A DNA stretch of 64,000 nt from Octopus bimaculoides (GCF_001194135.2 NC_068985.1:96169240-96233239), one strand, 5' to 3'. Shown: positions 1 through 13,645, numbered from the stretch's first letter. Numbers and translations: made by a program. Notes: a model not told the origin generated them from the sequence alone.

Positions 1-714
1 TGTAACCCATGCCAGCATGGCAAAATAAACACAAAATTGCTAACGATATGCGAATAGTATTTAAACACTTCAGAAGTTTTAATGGTTATTGTTGTCAATA
101 ATGTATAAGTGATTGAGTGGGAAGAAAAGGAAAGAGAGAGAGAGAGAGAGAAAGAAGGGGATTTAAATGAGAATTTCAGTCAACAAACTAGTTAACCTCT
201 CAACTGAAAACAAACTTTCAGTAAAACACTCCATATATGAAAAAGATATCATGAATGTTTATATACTAAAAATTTTACTTAAAGAGGGAAGAAGGATATT
301 TTAAACAATTTTCTCAAGCATATTAAAAAGAAAATCAAGAGATATTAAAAGCAGTCAAAGTCAAAACACCATCAGCTACTAGCGTCTCCCCTCCATAACA
401 ACACTACTGGTCAATCCTTGAATCCCCATGATGTAATTTTAGTCGACAATTACACGAGGCTAATCACTTTTAAAGGAAAGATAAATAAAGATGGCATATT
501 ACGTCGGTTCATACTTTATTTAAATTATTTCAGTAATTCTATATTTCTCCACCTTCATTGGGTTTTTTTATAATTAGAAAAAATACACCTACACTAAATT
601 ATTCATGAGTATCAGCAGAGATTGAGAAGCATAATTTTCTTTAATCCAAATGTGCAAAAATTGAAAAAAAAACAAAAAAAAACAACCCCTCTGTTCTACA
701 CGTGTCTACTTGTT

Positions 715-756
715 CACACACACACACACACACACACACACTGTGTGTGTGTGTGT
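715..756. repeat. (CA)13-c-(TG)7 inverted compound microsatellite
   Basis: Directly visible. Confidence 0.9.
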
Positions 757-959
757 ATCACATACAAAAAGACATGAGTAATATATGCATCTAAACATAT
801 GCATGTGAGCCTTAGAACTTTCAAAAAAATCAACTAGAAGGTTCCAAAGGGTAAGCTGAGATATTAGATTTGTAGCTGGATGGAATTAAAATATTAGTTT
901 AGTGAGCAACTTCGACCTAGAAATAAATATAAAAATAGTTTGAGAAACTACTTGATTTT

Positions 960-1420
960 TGAATGTTACTATCGTCATGCTTGTCATCTTAACAGCCAAG
1001 GTTTCCTGGTGCACAGCTTTTCAGTGCAACATAACATTTAATCTTCCTGATCCTGTATGATCTCATCTGAGAGTGCAACATTCTGAATAGGGTTTCGCTG
1101 CTTCTTCCAGCGATTCCACTATTACTATACAGTACTGCCCACTGTTAGCACATAACATTGTTCCACTCAGCACTTTGTCCGTTCACATCATATGTCTATA
1201 TACAAGTGAAGATCACTCTCAAATGGTCTTTAAGGTCTAATCATTATTTCAGCTCACTTCTCTGTATTTCCTCAGAATTAATATTACAAGGGTTGATATT
1301 CAATACCACTATAGTCTCACAGATGTTCCACATTAAAAACCTAAGTCTCACTGCTATGCAGCTGCACACTTTTTATATACTGCCCCCAAGTACACTCTGT
1401 AAAATAGTTAGCAAATGGAT
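960..1420 (-). mobile_element. Highly degenerate RTE-like LINE fragment
   Basis: Minus strand cagctgcatagcagtgagacttag reads LHSSET*, a decayed LHGSETW motif as at 21.8 kb. Confidence 0.4.
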
Positions 1421-2091
1421 AGAGATGTAGGGGTTGAAAGAACTCTACAATCATGCAAAGTGGATGAGAACTTTTCTTGTTCTGGTGCAATGATAAAATG
1501 CACCCAACACACTTCATAAAGTGGTACTAGGAAACAGTAGAAACCATGCCAAATGAAACACAAGTGAGACATGATCTCCAAACCTATCCAGGAGGGCAAA
1601 AACCTACAAGAATCATGATAGCCCATCCATACCATTCCAGCATGAAAGACATAAAATGATGTTGGTATTGGTTTGCTTTTACCAGAGATACCTTGACAAC
1701 AAACTCAATTGTCATCTAAACTTCTACCATGTTTATTTTAATCCCACAATAAGACAGTCATTGTATGAACTTCTGTTTACCCAATGCCTGTATTGAGTTC
1801 TTGCCAACTCCCTTCCTAAATGTTAAACAATATCAATTCACAAATGGTACTGGGATATCGAGGTTTCAGTTTTACCTTTACTAATGTTTCAAAGATCTGT
1901 TAGAGCTCTTCCAAGTCAGGCTGTCAACAACAAAACAGTTCCTATGATTTTCCCTTTCTATTGCCAGAACAGTTATGATAATGAGGTCGATAAATTAAGT
2001 ACCAGTTACGTACTGGGGTCGATCTAATTGACTGGCCCCACTCTCCAAAAATTTCAGGTCTTGTGCTTAGAGTAGAAAAGAATATTTTAAA

Positions 2092-2295
2092 GGCGGCGAG
2101 CTGGCAGAAACGTTAGCATGTCGGGTGAAACGCTTAGCGGTATTTTGTCTGTCTTTACGTTCTGAGTTCAAATTCCGCCAAGATTGATTTTGCCTTTCAT
2201 CCTTTCAGGGTTGATAAAGTAAGTACCAGTTGTGTACTGGGGTCAATCTAATCGACTACCTTCCCCCTCCTCCGAAATTTCTAAACTTTGTGTCA
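2092..2295 (+). mobile_element. SINE family B (about 215 bp, Deu/Nin-like core), preceded by a 3' fragment at 1987-2075
   Basis: ggcggcgagctggcagaaacgttagc...ctgagttcaaattcc...ttgcctttcatcctttcagggttgataaagtaagtaccag. The core resembles the remembered Deu/Nin SINE domain. Confidence 0.85.
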
Positions 2296-2552
2296 ATAGA
2301 TCTGCCTGGGAAATACCTAGTCTACCTTTCCAAGTCTGCTTCAAGAACACAAGTAAATATATAAACTTGTAAACTCAGACACCTTATCCCAGCATGGATA
2401 TTAACCCTTTTGCTACCATCTTTCTGCTGAAAAACACTGCTTTTGTTTCAATAAATTTTGAAAATGAAGAATTTAGTGAAATAATTTTGACCTTGTTAAG
2501 TTGGTATCTGAAACATAAATTACAATGAAGCTTTGTTTGAAGATTTTCACTC

Positions 2553-2805
2553 AGGAGTGGCTGTGTGGTAAGTAGCTTGCTTCTCAACCACATGGTTCCA
2601 GTTTCAGTTCCACTGCGTGGCACCTTGGGCAAGTGTCTTCTACTATAGCCTCAGGTCGACCAAAGCCTTGTGAGTGGATTTGGTAGATGGAAGCTGAAAG
2701 AAGCCCGTCGTGTATGTATATATATATATGTATATATATATATNNNNNNNNNNNNNNNNNNNNNNNNNNNNNNNNNNNNNNNNNNNNNNNNNNNNNNNNN
2801 NNNNN

Positions 2806-2848
<43 letters not shown>

Positions 2849-3062
2849 TTGTGTGTCTGTGTTTATCCCCCCAACATCGCTTGGCAACCAATGCTGGTGT
2901 GTTTACGTCCCCGTAACTTAGCGGTTCGGCAAAAGAGACTGATAGAATAAGTACTAGGCTTACAAAGAATAAGTCCTGGGGTTGATTTGCTCGACTAAAG
3001 GTGGTGCTCCAGCATGGCCGCAGTCAAATGACTGAAACAAGTAAAAGAGTAAAGAGTAAGAA
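2553..3062 (+). mobile_element. tRNA-derived SINE family A, full length
   Basis: Head aggagtggctgtgtggtaagtagcttgct with B-box-like gtttcagttcc, central (TA)n/(TG)n with a gap, 3' part ending gactgaaacaagtaaaagagtaaagagta. Confidence 0.9.
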
Positions 3063-3631
3063 TATCACTTTAAAGCAGAAAGCTTATTTCATAGAACCAG
3101 GGATAGTCTCAGGTAGGTTGGTATCAAATGGGCTAAATAAAAAGTTGTAATAAAAAAATAAGAATAAAAAATGAAAAAAAGATGCTAAGTTACACCACAG
3201 AACCGTCTTCAACTACTTTCTGCAATATCTTATATCATTAATATTTTTATACATGCATGTACACCAATTAAACAAATCTCCACAGAAACTTCATCTTTTT
3301 CAAACGAACTTCTCAAGAGGAGTTTAATGTAACACTAATTAGATATAAGTGGTAACCATTATAGGAGGTAGCTAATTAGCAATGATGTTATGTCATTCAG
3401 ATGTTTATCATAGAGTATTGGGAGACATGTTAGACGACTGCCATATTCTCTACCAATAACTTTAAATGAAATAGATTCAGGATTTCATGGTTCAAAGTTC
3501 TGATTTTTACAATCAATACAGATTTTGTTACCTAAAATTCATTACAAAATTATTTTAACAATCAGGTGATAATGATACAATTATAATTTTTCCGAATAAT
3601 AACTAACCTTATCTTTAGAGCTTAAATATTT

Positions 3632-3924
3632 TTCGATATTTCGAGCGTGATCAATGCCAATGCCGCCTGACTGGCTCCCATGCTGGTGGCATGTAAAAAG
3701 CACCATTCGAGTGTGGTCGATGCCAGTGCTGCCTGACTGGCCCCCATGCCTGTGGCATGTAAAAAGCACCTACTACACTCTCGGAGTGATTGGCATTAGG
3801 AAGGGCATCCAGCTGTTGAAACCTTGCCAGATCAGATTGGTGCAGCCTCCTGGCTTACCAGTCCTCAGTCAAACTGTCTAACCCATTCCAGCATGGAAAG
3901 CAGACGTTAAATGATGATGATGAC
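3632..3924 (+). mobile_element. RTE LINE 3'UTR fragment
   Basis: Two to three tgccagtgctgcctgactggc modules, aggaagggcatccagctg core, tail cagcatggaaagcagacgttaaatgatgatgatga. Confidence 0.85.
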
Positions 3925-4269
3925 ACATTTGAATTGGTTTGAGCTCCAAAATAACCAGCTGTCATTTGGAATATGTACATAGTACCAAAATATATTAGGA
4001 CTCAAACCTTTATCTCTAAACTAATGATTGTTATGCCCTTATTGATAAGGGCCCACTATCGCATGTACATAGTGACATAGTGGACAAGACCATTAGTACC
4101 TTAGTTTATTAACAAACGTTCCTATTTTGAATGCCATATGATACCCAATGAGGAATGGAAATCAAATTAAGTGGAGCAGTGCAGATATATTTTTTAAAAA
4201 TATTTCGTTTCTAAAATTAAGGTTAATAATCTGAAAAATTCTAGCTGTATTAATAGTAATCTGTCTTAA

Positions 4270-4450
4270 TCCTTTAGTATTCAGGTTATTCTGTTAAATC
4301 TAATGCTTATACATTGTCTCATCTTTGAAATTTCTTGGTCATTTTTACTATGGCATTGTAGAGTAGGTGCAACATGTTTTATCTGGCCAGTTTGAACATG
4401 AAAGAGGCAAAATATTTTGGCCAGATATGGTCAGTTTGAATGTTAAAGAG
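4270..4450. mobile_element. Older, internally deleted copy of the TTAA MITE
   Basis: ttaa|tcctttagtattcaggttattctg...ggccagatatggtcagtttgaatgttaaagag|ttaa. Confidence 0.65.
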
Positions 4451-4503
4451 TTAAGCATTTAGACAATCTGGAAATAGCAAGATTATCCATCATCAATACA
4501 ACT

Positions 4504-4925
4504 GCAGGAGTGGCGATATAGGTGTGGGAGTGGCCATACAGGTGCAGGAGTGCCAATATAGCTGTGTGGTAAGAAGTTTGCTTCCCAAACACTTGGTTCT
4601 GGATTCAGTCCCACTGTGTGATACCTTGCACAAGTGTCTCCTACTATATCTTCAGGCCGACCAAAACCTCCTATCTGGATTTGGGAGATGGAAACTGAAA
4701 GAAGCCCATTGTATGCATGTATGTATGTATTTGTATATCTGTGTTTGTTTCCCCACCATTGCTTGACAACTGATGTTGGTAACTTAGTGGTTCGGCAAAA
4801 TAAACCAATAGAATAAGTACTAGGCTTACAAAGAATAAGTCCTGGATTGATTTGTTCAACTAAAGGCAGTGCTCCAGCATAGCCATAGTCAAAATGACTG
4901 AAACCAGTAAAAGAATAAAAGAACA
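4504..4925 (+). mobile_element. SINE family A with triplicated 5' leader
   Basis: Three tandem ggagtg(g)c starts, then the standard head, body and tail gactgaaaccagtaaaagaataaaagaa. Confidence 0.85.
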
Positions 4926-5322
4926 CGATGATGATGATGATGATGATATCTCTGCTTAATTTTTTCTTTTTCTTTTGCTTTTCTCTCTTGCATTTTTCGT
5001 TGTTCTCTTTTTAAAAAATTCATTTTAATTCAAGCAGGAAGTTGAATTTTGTTTTTGTGAATACCAGCTCAATTTGATCACAACCAAATGTAATTTTCCC
5101 TCGTATTAATGATTCACACATTAATAAAAACACAATCATAAATTAAAGAGATTTTGAAGACATGAAATAAAATATAAAAGCAACTACTAGGCGTGGCTGT
5201 GGTGGTAAGAAGCTTGCTTACCAACCACATGGTTCCGAGTTCAGTCCAACTGTGTGGCACCTTGGGCAAGTGTCTTCTACTATAACCTTGTGTGTGAATT
5301 TGAGAAACTGAAAGAAACCAGT

Positions 5323-5374
<52 letters not shown>

Positions 5375-6599
5375 CAGAGGATGTAGCAACCGTTACCAAT
5401 ATAGCATAAGAACTTACCTTAGGGGATCATTAACTAGATTCCTTAAGGGTCGTTCTTACAGTTTATATTTATATTTCAAGGTTTTTAACTTTTAAATTTG
5501 TATATTTAAAAGAGACAGAAGCTTCAAACTCGATATATCCAAGATCGATTTATTCACCACTCTATATATATATGTATATGTTTGTGTGTCTGTGTTTATC
5601 TCCCACCATCACTTGACAACTGATGTTAGTGTGTTTACATCCTGTAACTTAGTGGTTTGGCAAAAAAGACCGATAGAATAAGTACAATAATTCTGTTTAT
5701 TACACAGAAAATGCCTAAATAACAATTTCTGGATGATTTACAGCTATTTTTCAGTCTAAGCAACATCAGGTACTATTCTAGTAAATATAATACCTAAGAA
5801 AATAGCCTGTGAATTTCATGTTGTTAATCTGATACAACAAAAGATGTGCAAGAAAAGAATTAAGTGTTTAAAATATAAGGGTGTCCTTCTACAAGCAGTA
5901 TTTAGTTGCCTGCTTCAGTCTATTTCTTACTTTTCAAGGTGTCTGTTATCCCTGCCTGTATCTCTAAACTCAAGCATCTTTTTTTGTAATGATCAAAGAC
6001 AGTTCTCCAAAAACTCCTGATAATGGTCGATCACAGATCCATTTCAGACCCGTTTTTTTAAAATTAAAATCACTGATATATAACTAATTCTTTCCTTGAT
6101 TAACTCAAAGACTTTTATATTTCTTTCACCTCAAAAATCCTGACTGAAACTGTTTTGATGGCTTCATGTATTGTTTTCATTTGTACAGCTGTTCACACAA
6201 CTGGGCTGATATGGGGGAAGGTTTTCCAACTTTAAAAAATTACTCTAATTATATGAGTTTCTGATCCCTGTATTTATTCTTCTCGTTACACTATAGCCTT
6301 GAAGCTATTCTGTACCATCCAGCATGAAATATATATAAGTATTGTGTTATACTATAATCACCGAGAAATTTAAAGTGCACTTATTATCTACTCTCAGAGA
6401 AAATAAATATTTTCATAATCATCCATCCATTCAGTAAACAGTAAAATCGTTGGACTGAAATAAATATCTAAAATATTTTAAAAACTTACTGGGAGTAATG
6501 ATGACGATCAATGAAATTTTTTAATTCTTTTATTTTAAGTCACTGGACTGGGGCTATACGGTACACCATCTTCAGTGATTTTAGTCAGCCATATCAATC

Positions 6600-6810
6600 A
6601 ATCATCATCATCATCATCATTATTTAATGTCCATTTTCCATGTTGGCATGAGTTGGATGGTTTGACAAGGCCAGGAACTGTATCAGGTTCCATTGTCTGT
6701 TTTGGCAGGGTTTCTACAGCTGGATGCTCTTCTTCCTAATGCTAACCATGTTACAGAGTGCTTTTTACATGGCACCAAAACCGGTGCTTTTTATATGGCA
6801 CCATCACCAT
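6600..6810 (-). mobile_element. RTE LINE 3'UTR fragment
   Basis: (cat)n-tatttaatgtccattttccatgttggcatg...ctggatgctcttcttcctaatgc, the reverse complement of the family tail. Confidence 0.75.
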
Positions 6811-7953
6811 TTAAATCAAACTCTGAACCACAGGACATAGTTGTAAATCAAAATTAATCACATAACTATGACTACATCTATGTTTATCAAAAAATATAAT
6901 ACGTGATTATAAAAAATAGGATTGAGTCCTAAAAATATGATTAATTCTTAGTCACTAAAACATTCCTGATATTTTAAATAAAGAAAATTCATGTGTATTA
7001 TCAGAACATACGAGATTGTATCAGTATGTAAAAATAATAAAAAGAGATTGATATAAATAAATCAAGATAATAACAAATATTATGTATTAACTTTCAAATA
7101 TAACAACTATGTGTTATGTCTCATAAATGATGCGTTTTATTATTTTGACCATTAATGCAGATTAATTAAATAAATTATTTTCAAAACAAAAACTTTCCTG
7201 TTTTTTAACAAAATATTTTTTCTTACAGCTAGATATATCAGCTCTTATTTAAAAAAATATAAACATAAAAAAAAAAACAATGAAGTTATTTTCTTTATCA
7301 ATGGAATCGTACATATTTTGAAAATTTTAATGTAATTTTTATTCTTTTCAAGTTTATTGTCTTAAGAATTTTAGATAAAAATCACAGCAGTTCTAAGTTT
7401 GTGTTGTTAAAGATAGCATATCATTTGCATGTTAGTAAGATAGGAGATACTTAACAGCATGCAGCAAAAGATGTAAAATAAATTCAGACTCTGATATTGT
7501 CATTCTAAATGAACAGTTAAAGTGTTGAACATTTGAAGTAATGTCACAAAGGACATATAAGAATATGTTTATTTAGAGTAGATTTCTTGTAAGTAACATG
7601 TTTGCTATGAGAAGAACAAACCAAAACATACAACAACTCAACTCTACTGGCGTACCATATTGCCACTTATATGCAATGTTTGCTTAGCCTAGTAAAACAT
7701 ACACAAGGAATAGAGCTCTTAAAACAATATATACTAAGAGAGGGCGTACTTAGTGCTACCAAATGCTATGTAATGGTAATCCTCTTGAAAGACATGTCAT
7801 CCATTAATGGAACCAATGAGACATGTTATTTCTTATAACTGGCTTCATTTCAATAAAAATACCTTCCATAGAATATTTTGTCCATATTCACATGTTAAAT
7901 ATATTCCTTCCATCGGATATATTTACCAATATTCTGATAATACTCTTATGCAG

Positions 7954-8036
7954 ATAGCAACAGAACAGTAGCGACATCTTCTGAAAGTATCATCATCAAC
8001 GTAACACGAACAAATGAAGAAAATACAAACCAGTGA
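7954..8036 (+). CDS. Possible terminal coding exon of a plus-strand gene
   Basis: Acceptor tactcttatgcag, then protein-like SNRTVATSSESIIINVTRTNEENTNQ*, followed by about 800 nt with no recognised SINE (3'UTR-like). No homology recognised and no upstream exon linked. Confidence 0.2.
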
Positions 8037-9044
8037 AAGAAATCTCTCAAGAAATCTAAACAACTAATTATTTATTGGCAGATTTATCTTGAAAATGTCC
8101 TCATTTTAGCAGTGAGTATCATATATTTCAAGAAAAAATAATCTTCAAGAGATTCTATCTAAAATGCCATTTCCTATATGACCTTTATTTCGTATTTTAT
8201 GATGAGGTCTTGCCCAATTTCTGACAGATGATTTCAATAATTTGAACTGTTAATTGTGGAAAAGACACACACTTTCAAGGTTGCTCTGCTATTAAATATA
8301 ATCAGGCAAGCGCTCTCAAGATATTATTTGAACAAAAGGGAAATAGATTTTGATGCTGAAGGAAAAATGGACATTTCTATTTAATCACTGGAATGCAAGT
8401 AGCTAGTCATAAACATTAATGAAGAAAATTCTGATGAAATCTAGTCAACTTAATTGAGCATTAGGTATTAAAATGAAAAAGGAAACATGACTGTCAATTC
8501 GAAGCAGCTTATGAATAAGACATCCTGTTAATTTATGGCTGGGTGTCAGTCATGGAATAGGGAAACTATCGAACAAACTGGTAACTAGCTTTAAATAACC
8601 AAATGTTTTGTAAGAGAGAGAATATGTCATTTGAAAAATTTTATTGGATGTTCATTTATAAGAATAACAGTAAGAGATTTATTTGATTAGAAATAATCAA
8701 GCATTTTCAGGATGTCCACAAGAAATCCTTTATACTGTTGACTGCTATTGGAGTTTAAAGTCAGTGAAAGGTTCTATATGTGCAATGTTAAGACCATATT
8801 CAACAATATTTCTATCACTGACACTGTTTTGAAGTGGCAGGGGTATATAGTTAATTATATCAACACGAGTATATTACAGGTACTTATTTTATCTACTCCA
8901 CAAGGATGAAAGCCAGAGTGAAATCTGAGGTTTGAACCCACAATCTATGACTTGGACAAATGCAAAAATATAAATAGACAAGCTTTAAATAATTATAGGA
9001 GAAAAACTTCATTGTTTTTGGCAGTAGATAGAACATGTATTGAT

Positions 9045-9046
<2 letters not shown>

Positions 9047-9109
<63 letters not shown>
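9047..9109. repeat. (CA)n microsatellite flanking a roughly 900-nt assembly gap
   Basis: Directly visible; the gap ends in (AT)n at 10009. Confidence 0.95.
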
Positions 9110-10019
9110 NNNNNNNNNNNNNNNNNNNNNNNNNNNNNNNNNNNNNNNNNNNNNNNNNNNNNNNNNNNNNNNNNNNNNNNNNNNNNNNNNNNNNNNNNNN
9201 NNNNNNNNNNNNNNNNNNNNNNNNNNNNNNNNNNNNNNNNNNNNNNNNNNNNNNNNNNNNNNNNNNNNNNNNNNNNNNNNNNNNNNNNNNNNNNNNNNNN
9301 NNNNNNNNNNNNNNNNNNNNNNNNNNNNNNNNNNNNNNNNNNNNNNNNNNNNNNNNNNNNNNNNNNNNNNNNNNNNNNNNNNNNNNNNNNNNNNNNNNNN
9401 NNNNNNNNNNNNNNNNNNNNNNNNNNNNNNNNNNNNNNNNNNNNNNNNNNNNNNNNNNNNNNNNNNNNNNNNNNNNNNNNNNNNNNNNNNNNNNNNNNNN
9501 NNNNNNNNNNNNNNNNNNNNNNNNNNNNNNNNNNNNNNNNNNNNNNNNNNNNNNNNNNNNNNNNNNNNNNNNNNNNNNNNNNNNNNNNNNNNNNNNNNNN
9601 NNNNNNNNNNNNNNNNNNNNNNNNNNNNNNNNNNNNNNNNNNNNNNNNNNNNNNNNNNNNNNNNNNNNNNNNNNNNNNNNNNNNNNNNNNNNNNNNNNNN
9701 NNNNNNNNNNNNNNNNNNNNNNNNNNNNNNNNNNNNNNNNNNNNNNNNNNNNNNNNNNNNNNNNNNNNNNNNNNNNNNNNNNNNNNNNNNNNNNNNNNNN
9801 NNNNNNNNNNNNNNNNNNNNNNNNNNNNNNNNNNNNNNNNNNNNNNNNNNNNNNNNNNNNNNNNNNNNNNNNNNNNNNNNNNNNNNNNNNNNNNNNNNNN
9901 NNNNNNNNNNNNNNNNNNNNNNNNNNNNNNNNNNNNNNNNNNNNNNNNNNNNNNNNNNNNNNNNNNNNNNNNNNNNNNNNNNNNNNNNNNNNNNNNNNNN
10001 NNNNNNNNATATATATATG

Positions 10020-10735
10020 TATCATCATTATCATCATTGTTTAACGTCTGTTTTCCATGCTGGAATGGGCTGGACAGTTTGACTAGGGACTGGCAAGTCA
10101 GGAGGCTGCACCAGGCTCCAATCTGATCTGGCAAGGTTTCTACAGCTGGATGCCCTTCCTAACGCCAACCACTCTGAGAGTGTAGACGATGCTTTTTACA
10201 TGCCACCAGCACGGGAGTCAATCAGGCGACACTAGCATCNNNNNNNNNNNNNNNNNNNNNNNNNNNNNNNNNNNNNNNNNNNNNNNNNNNNNNNNNNNNN
10301 NNNNNNNNNNNNNNNNNNNNNNNGGGGGGGGGGTGCTGGCATCAACCACATTTGGATGGTGCTTTTTATATGCCACCGGAACAGGGAGCTTGTCAGGCAA
10401 CACTCCACGCATGAAAGGTGCTTATTGCGTGCCACCAGCATGAAAGCCAGTCAGGCAGCACTGGCATCGGCCACAACTACAATTTCCATTTTTGACTGAG
10501 ATTTTGATTTTACTTGACTTAATAGGTCTCCTCAAGCATGGTGTATCGCCCAACAATTCAAAGGTACTTTTCAAATGGGATGGTTATGTGACACTGGTAT
10601 AGGCTACAGCTGTGATTTCACTTTATTTGCTGGGTCTTCTCAGTCACAGCATATCTCCAGAGACCTCGGTCTCTTGTCATTGCCTCTATGAGGCCCAATA
10701 TTCGAAGGTTGTGCTTCAGCACCTCATCCCATGTC
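10020..10735 (-). mobile_element. 5'-truncated RTE LINE 3' end
   Basis: Tail catcattgtttaacgtctgttttccatgctggaatggg. The ORF end on minus reads VLKHNLRILGLIEAMTRDRGLWRYAVTEKTQ, the same family as 59.4 kb. Confidence 0.85.
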
Positions 10736-11379
10736 TATATACATATCAAACTAAATGAAAATAAAATGAGCAAAAGTTTTAACATACCTAGGGTTGAAGT
10801 ATTGAAGTGGAAATTGATTTTCTGAATGAGTGATCAAGAAAATTATACTTGTAAGGAAAAGAAGAATCATTAGTTAATGACTAATTTTTGTCAAAGAAGG
10901 CAAGGGGGACAATTTCAAAATCTAATTTAATTAAAAAAACGACAGGAGACATGCGGAGGAATGAAAAGTAGGGTGATCAACGGCAAAAATTATGTGTGTC
11001 TAACATTGAATATTGAGCATATGGTTATAAATTATTTCTATTATTGTCATTGTATTGTGCTTCTATACATGTAATTCTTTCGTTTGTTCCAGTTTGCTGA
11101 ATTCAAGAAAAACAAAAATGAAAAATGAATAATATGTCCCACTTTTGGTTCACTGTTGAATGTGTGTGTGTGAATGGGTGGGGTGGGGTGGTGGGGAGAG
11201 AATGGCAGGAAGATTATCATCCAGCTGTAAAAACAACTGCTCCAACAAATAAACCATTCCACTCAAGCTAGCATGGAAAAAATGGATGTAAATCAGTAAT
11301 ACATCTAAATGTATCTAAATATATATAACTAAAACTTTTCATGCTTTTATGTGTAAATGCATGGATGTCAGTGAGTATG

Positions 11380-11535
11380 CAGACATATCTACATACATAG
11401 AGACATACACACACATATATACATATACATTCATACAAACACGTACATACACATATATACATACATACACATGCATACTTACACACAAACGCATATACAC
11501 CAGTATACACACATATGCATATACCTGTACACATA
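11380..11535. repeat. Degenerate purine-pyrimidine (AT/AC) low-complexity tract
   Basis: acatacatag...cacacatatgcatatacc; source of several spurious ORFs. Confidence 0.8.
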
Positions 11536-11671
11536 CCTAGAGCAAGCACTGGAGCTAATTTGATTGCCTTATCCCTTCAAAGCATTGCCCCAACATGACC
11601 GCAGATTGTATGCATGTGTGAACATGTATTTAAGGATACATAAGATTTATATGTATGAATATATGGACCTA

Positions 11672-12300
11672 AGCATGGCTGTGTGGTAAGAAGTTTGCTT
11701 CCCAACCATATGGTCCTAGGATCAGTACCACAGCATGACATCTTGAGCAGGTGTCTCGTACTATAGCCTGAGATTGACCAAAATCTTGAGAGTGGATTTG
11801 GTGGATGGAAACTGAAAGAAGCCTATTCTTTTCTACTCTAGGCACAAGGCCTGAAATTTGGGGGGAGGGAGCCAGTTGATTAGATCGACTCCAGTTCACA
11901 ACTGGTACTTAATTTATCGACCCCGAAAGGATGAAAGGCAAAGTCGACCTCAGCGGAATTTGAACTCAGAACGTAACGGCAGACGAAATACCACAAAGCA
12001 TTTCGCCCGGTGTGCTAACATTTCTGCCACCTCGCCGCCTTGAAAGAAGCCTATTGTGTGTGTCTGTGTGCATTTGTGTATGTGTGTGTTTGCCCCCCAT
12101 CACTACTTGACAAATGGTTATATTTTACTGGTGTTGGTATGTTTACATCCTTGTAGACATAAAAAGAAACTGACACAAGTACCATGCTTAAACAAAAAAT
12201 AAGTACAGGGGTACAAAAATTCTTCAAGGTGGTGCCCGGCATGACCACAGCCTAATGATTGAAACAGGGAAAAAGATATAAAAAAAACAAAAAGATACAA
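11672..12300 (+). mobile_element. SINE family A interrupted by a SINE B insertion
   Basis: The 5' half ends at actgaaagaagcctatt (11827) and resumes after the duplicated tgaaagaagcctatt at 12041. Confidence 0.8.
11828..12040 (-). mobile_element. SINE family B, full length, with 15-bp TSD
   Basis: Flanked by tgaaagaagcctatt at 11813-11827 and 12041-12055. Confidence 0.92.
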
Positions 12301-13139
12301 GTCCATGTGGATATTTGAGTGTTTGTACATGTTTGAGGAATTGTCTGCGATTGTGTCGATTTTACATTGCAGGTATCACCACCATTGTTTCAAGTCTGTA
12401 TTCCATGCTGGTTTGACAGGATCCATTGGGTCTAAAGACGGCATCAGGCTCTAGCATCTGCTTTGACAGGGTTTCTATGGCTGGATGCAATGCCAACCGC
12501 TTTACAGCCTCTACTGAGTGCTATTTACAAGCTACTGGCACAAGTAAGATCCCCATGCAGTTTACAAGACTATGAACCCTGATGTTCATAGAAAATGAGA
12601 GTTGAACGTATGAGAAAAGGGTGGGGAAGAGAAGGTCCCTGTTGAACAGGAGCTACATATTATTATAATTCATTATTACTGATTCAATTAGGTAACTATT
12701 TACTGCATTTTATGATATATATATATATATATATATAACACTATGCATATTAAAGCATTTATATATAATTATGAAACCAAATTATGTAAATGCTTTCATA
12801 TAATATGTAATGATCTTCATTAGTGCGTCTAATGTGCACTTTCATTAGTGTTTCTATCTCTAATTCTTTGATGTCCTATTGAAACAAGAAATTATTTTAA
12901 TTGCTAAATTTGTTCTGAACATATGAATCACAAAGAACATATCTGAAAGGACTTTGCTGTATTTATAGATTAAATTATATTTAGTTTCTGAAGAGTTTTT
13001 GAAAATAGTGAAAGTGGAGATTGTTTGCTAAAAAAATAAATTTGTAAAATGTAACCAGTTGCTGTGTACTTAACTGTATAGCTTGTATTGAGTCCCCTTT
13101 GATTCAAAAGTGTTCCTATATGTTTAAAAGTACCCTTCA

Positions 13140-13645
13140 ATTGTTGGGCGATATGCTGTGCCTGTGAAGACCTGTTGAACGGAGTGAAATTGTAGTTGTG
13201 GTTGATGCCAGTGCTACCTGACTGGCATCCGTGCCAGTGACACATAAAAACACCATTTGAGCATGGTCAATACCAGTGTTGCTTGATTGGCACCCATGCC
13301 AGTGGCATGTAAAAGGCATGATTCGAGTGTGTGGCACCCATGCTAGTGACACGTAAAAAGCACTATTCGAGTATGGTCAATGCCAGTGCTGCCTGACTGG
13401 CACCTGTGCTGGTGGCACATATAAAGCACCATTTAAGCGTGGCCAATGGCAGTGCTACCTGACTAGTACTCATGTCATGTAAGAAGCACCCACTACACTC
13501 TCAGAGTGGTTGGCATTAGGAAGGGCATCCAGCTGTAGAAACCTTGCTAAATCAGATTGGAGCTTGGTTTAGCCTCCTGGCTTGCCAATTTTTATTCAAA
13601 CCATCCAACCCATGCCAGCATGGAAAGCGGATGTTAAATGACAAT
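13140..13645 (+). mobile_element. RTE LINE 3'UTR with about 5 internal 62-bp modules
   Basis: Repeated tgccagtg(c/t)t(g/a)cctgactggc...gtaaaaagcacc, then cactctcagagtggttggcattaggaagggcatccagctgtagaaacc and the tail. Confidence 0.85.

Noticed and set aside
8893-10134. Longest ORFs in the track (334-413 aa)
   Set aside because: They consist of N-gap X residues and microsatellite translations (HTHT, VCVC, IYIY).
11176-11196. G-tract gggtggggtggggtggtgggg (G-quadruplex-like)
   Set aside because: Isolated low-complexity tract with no functional context.
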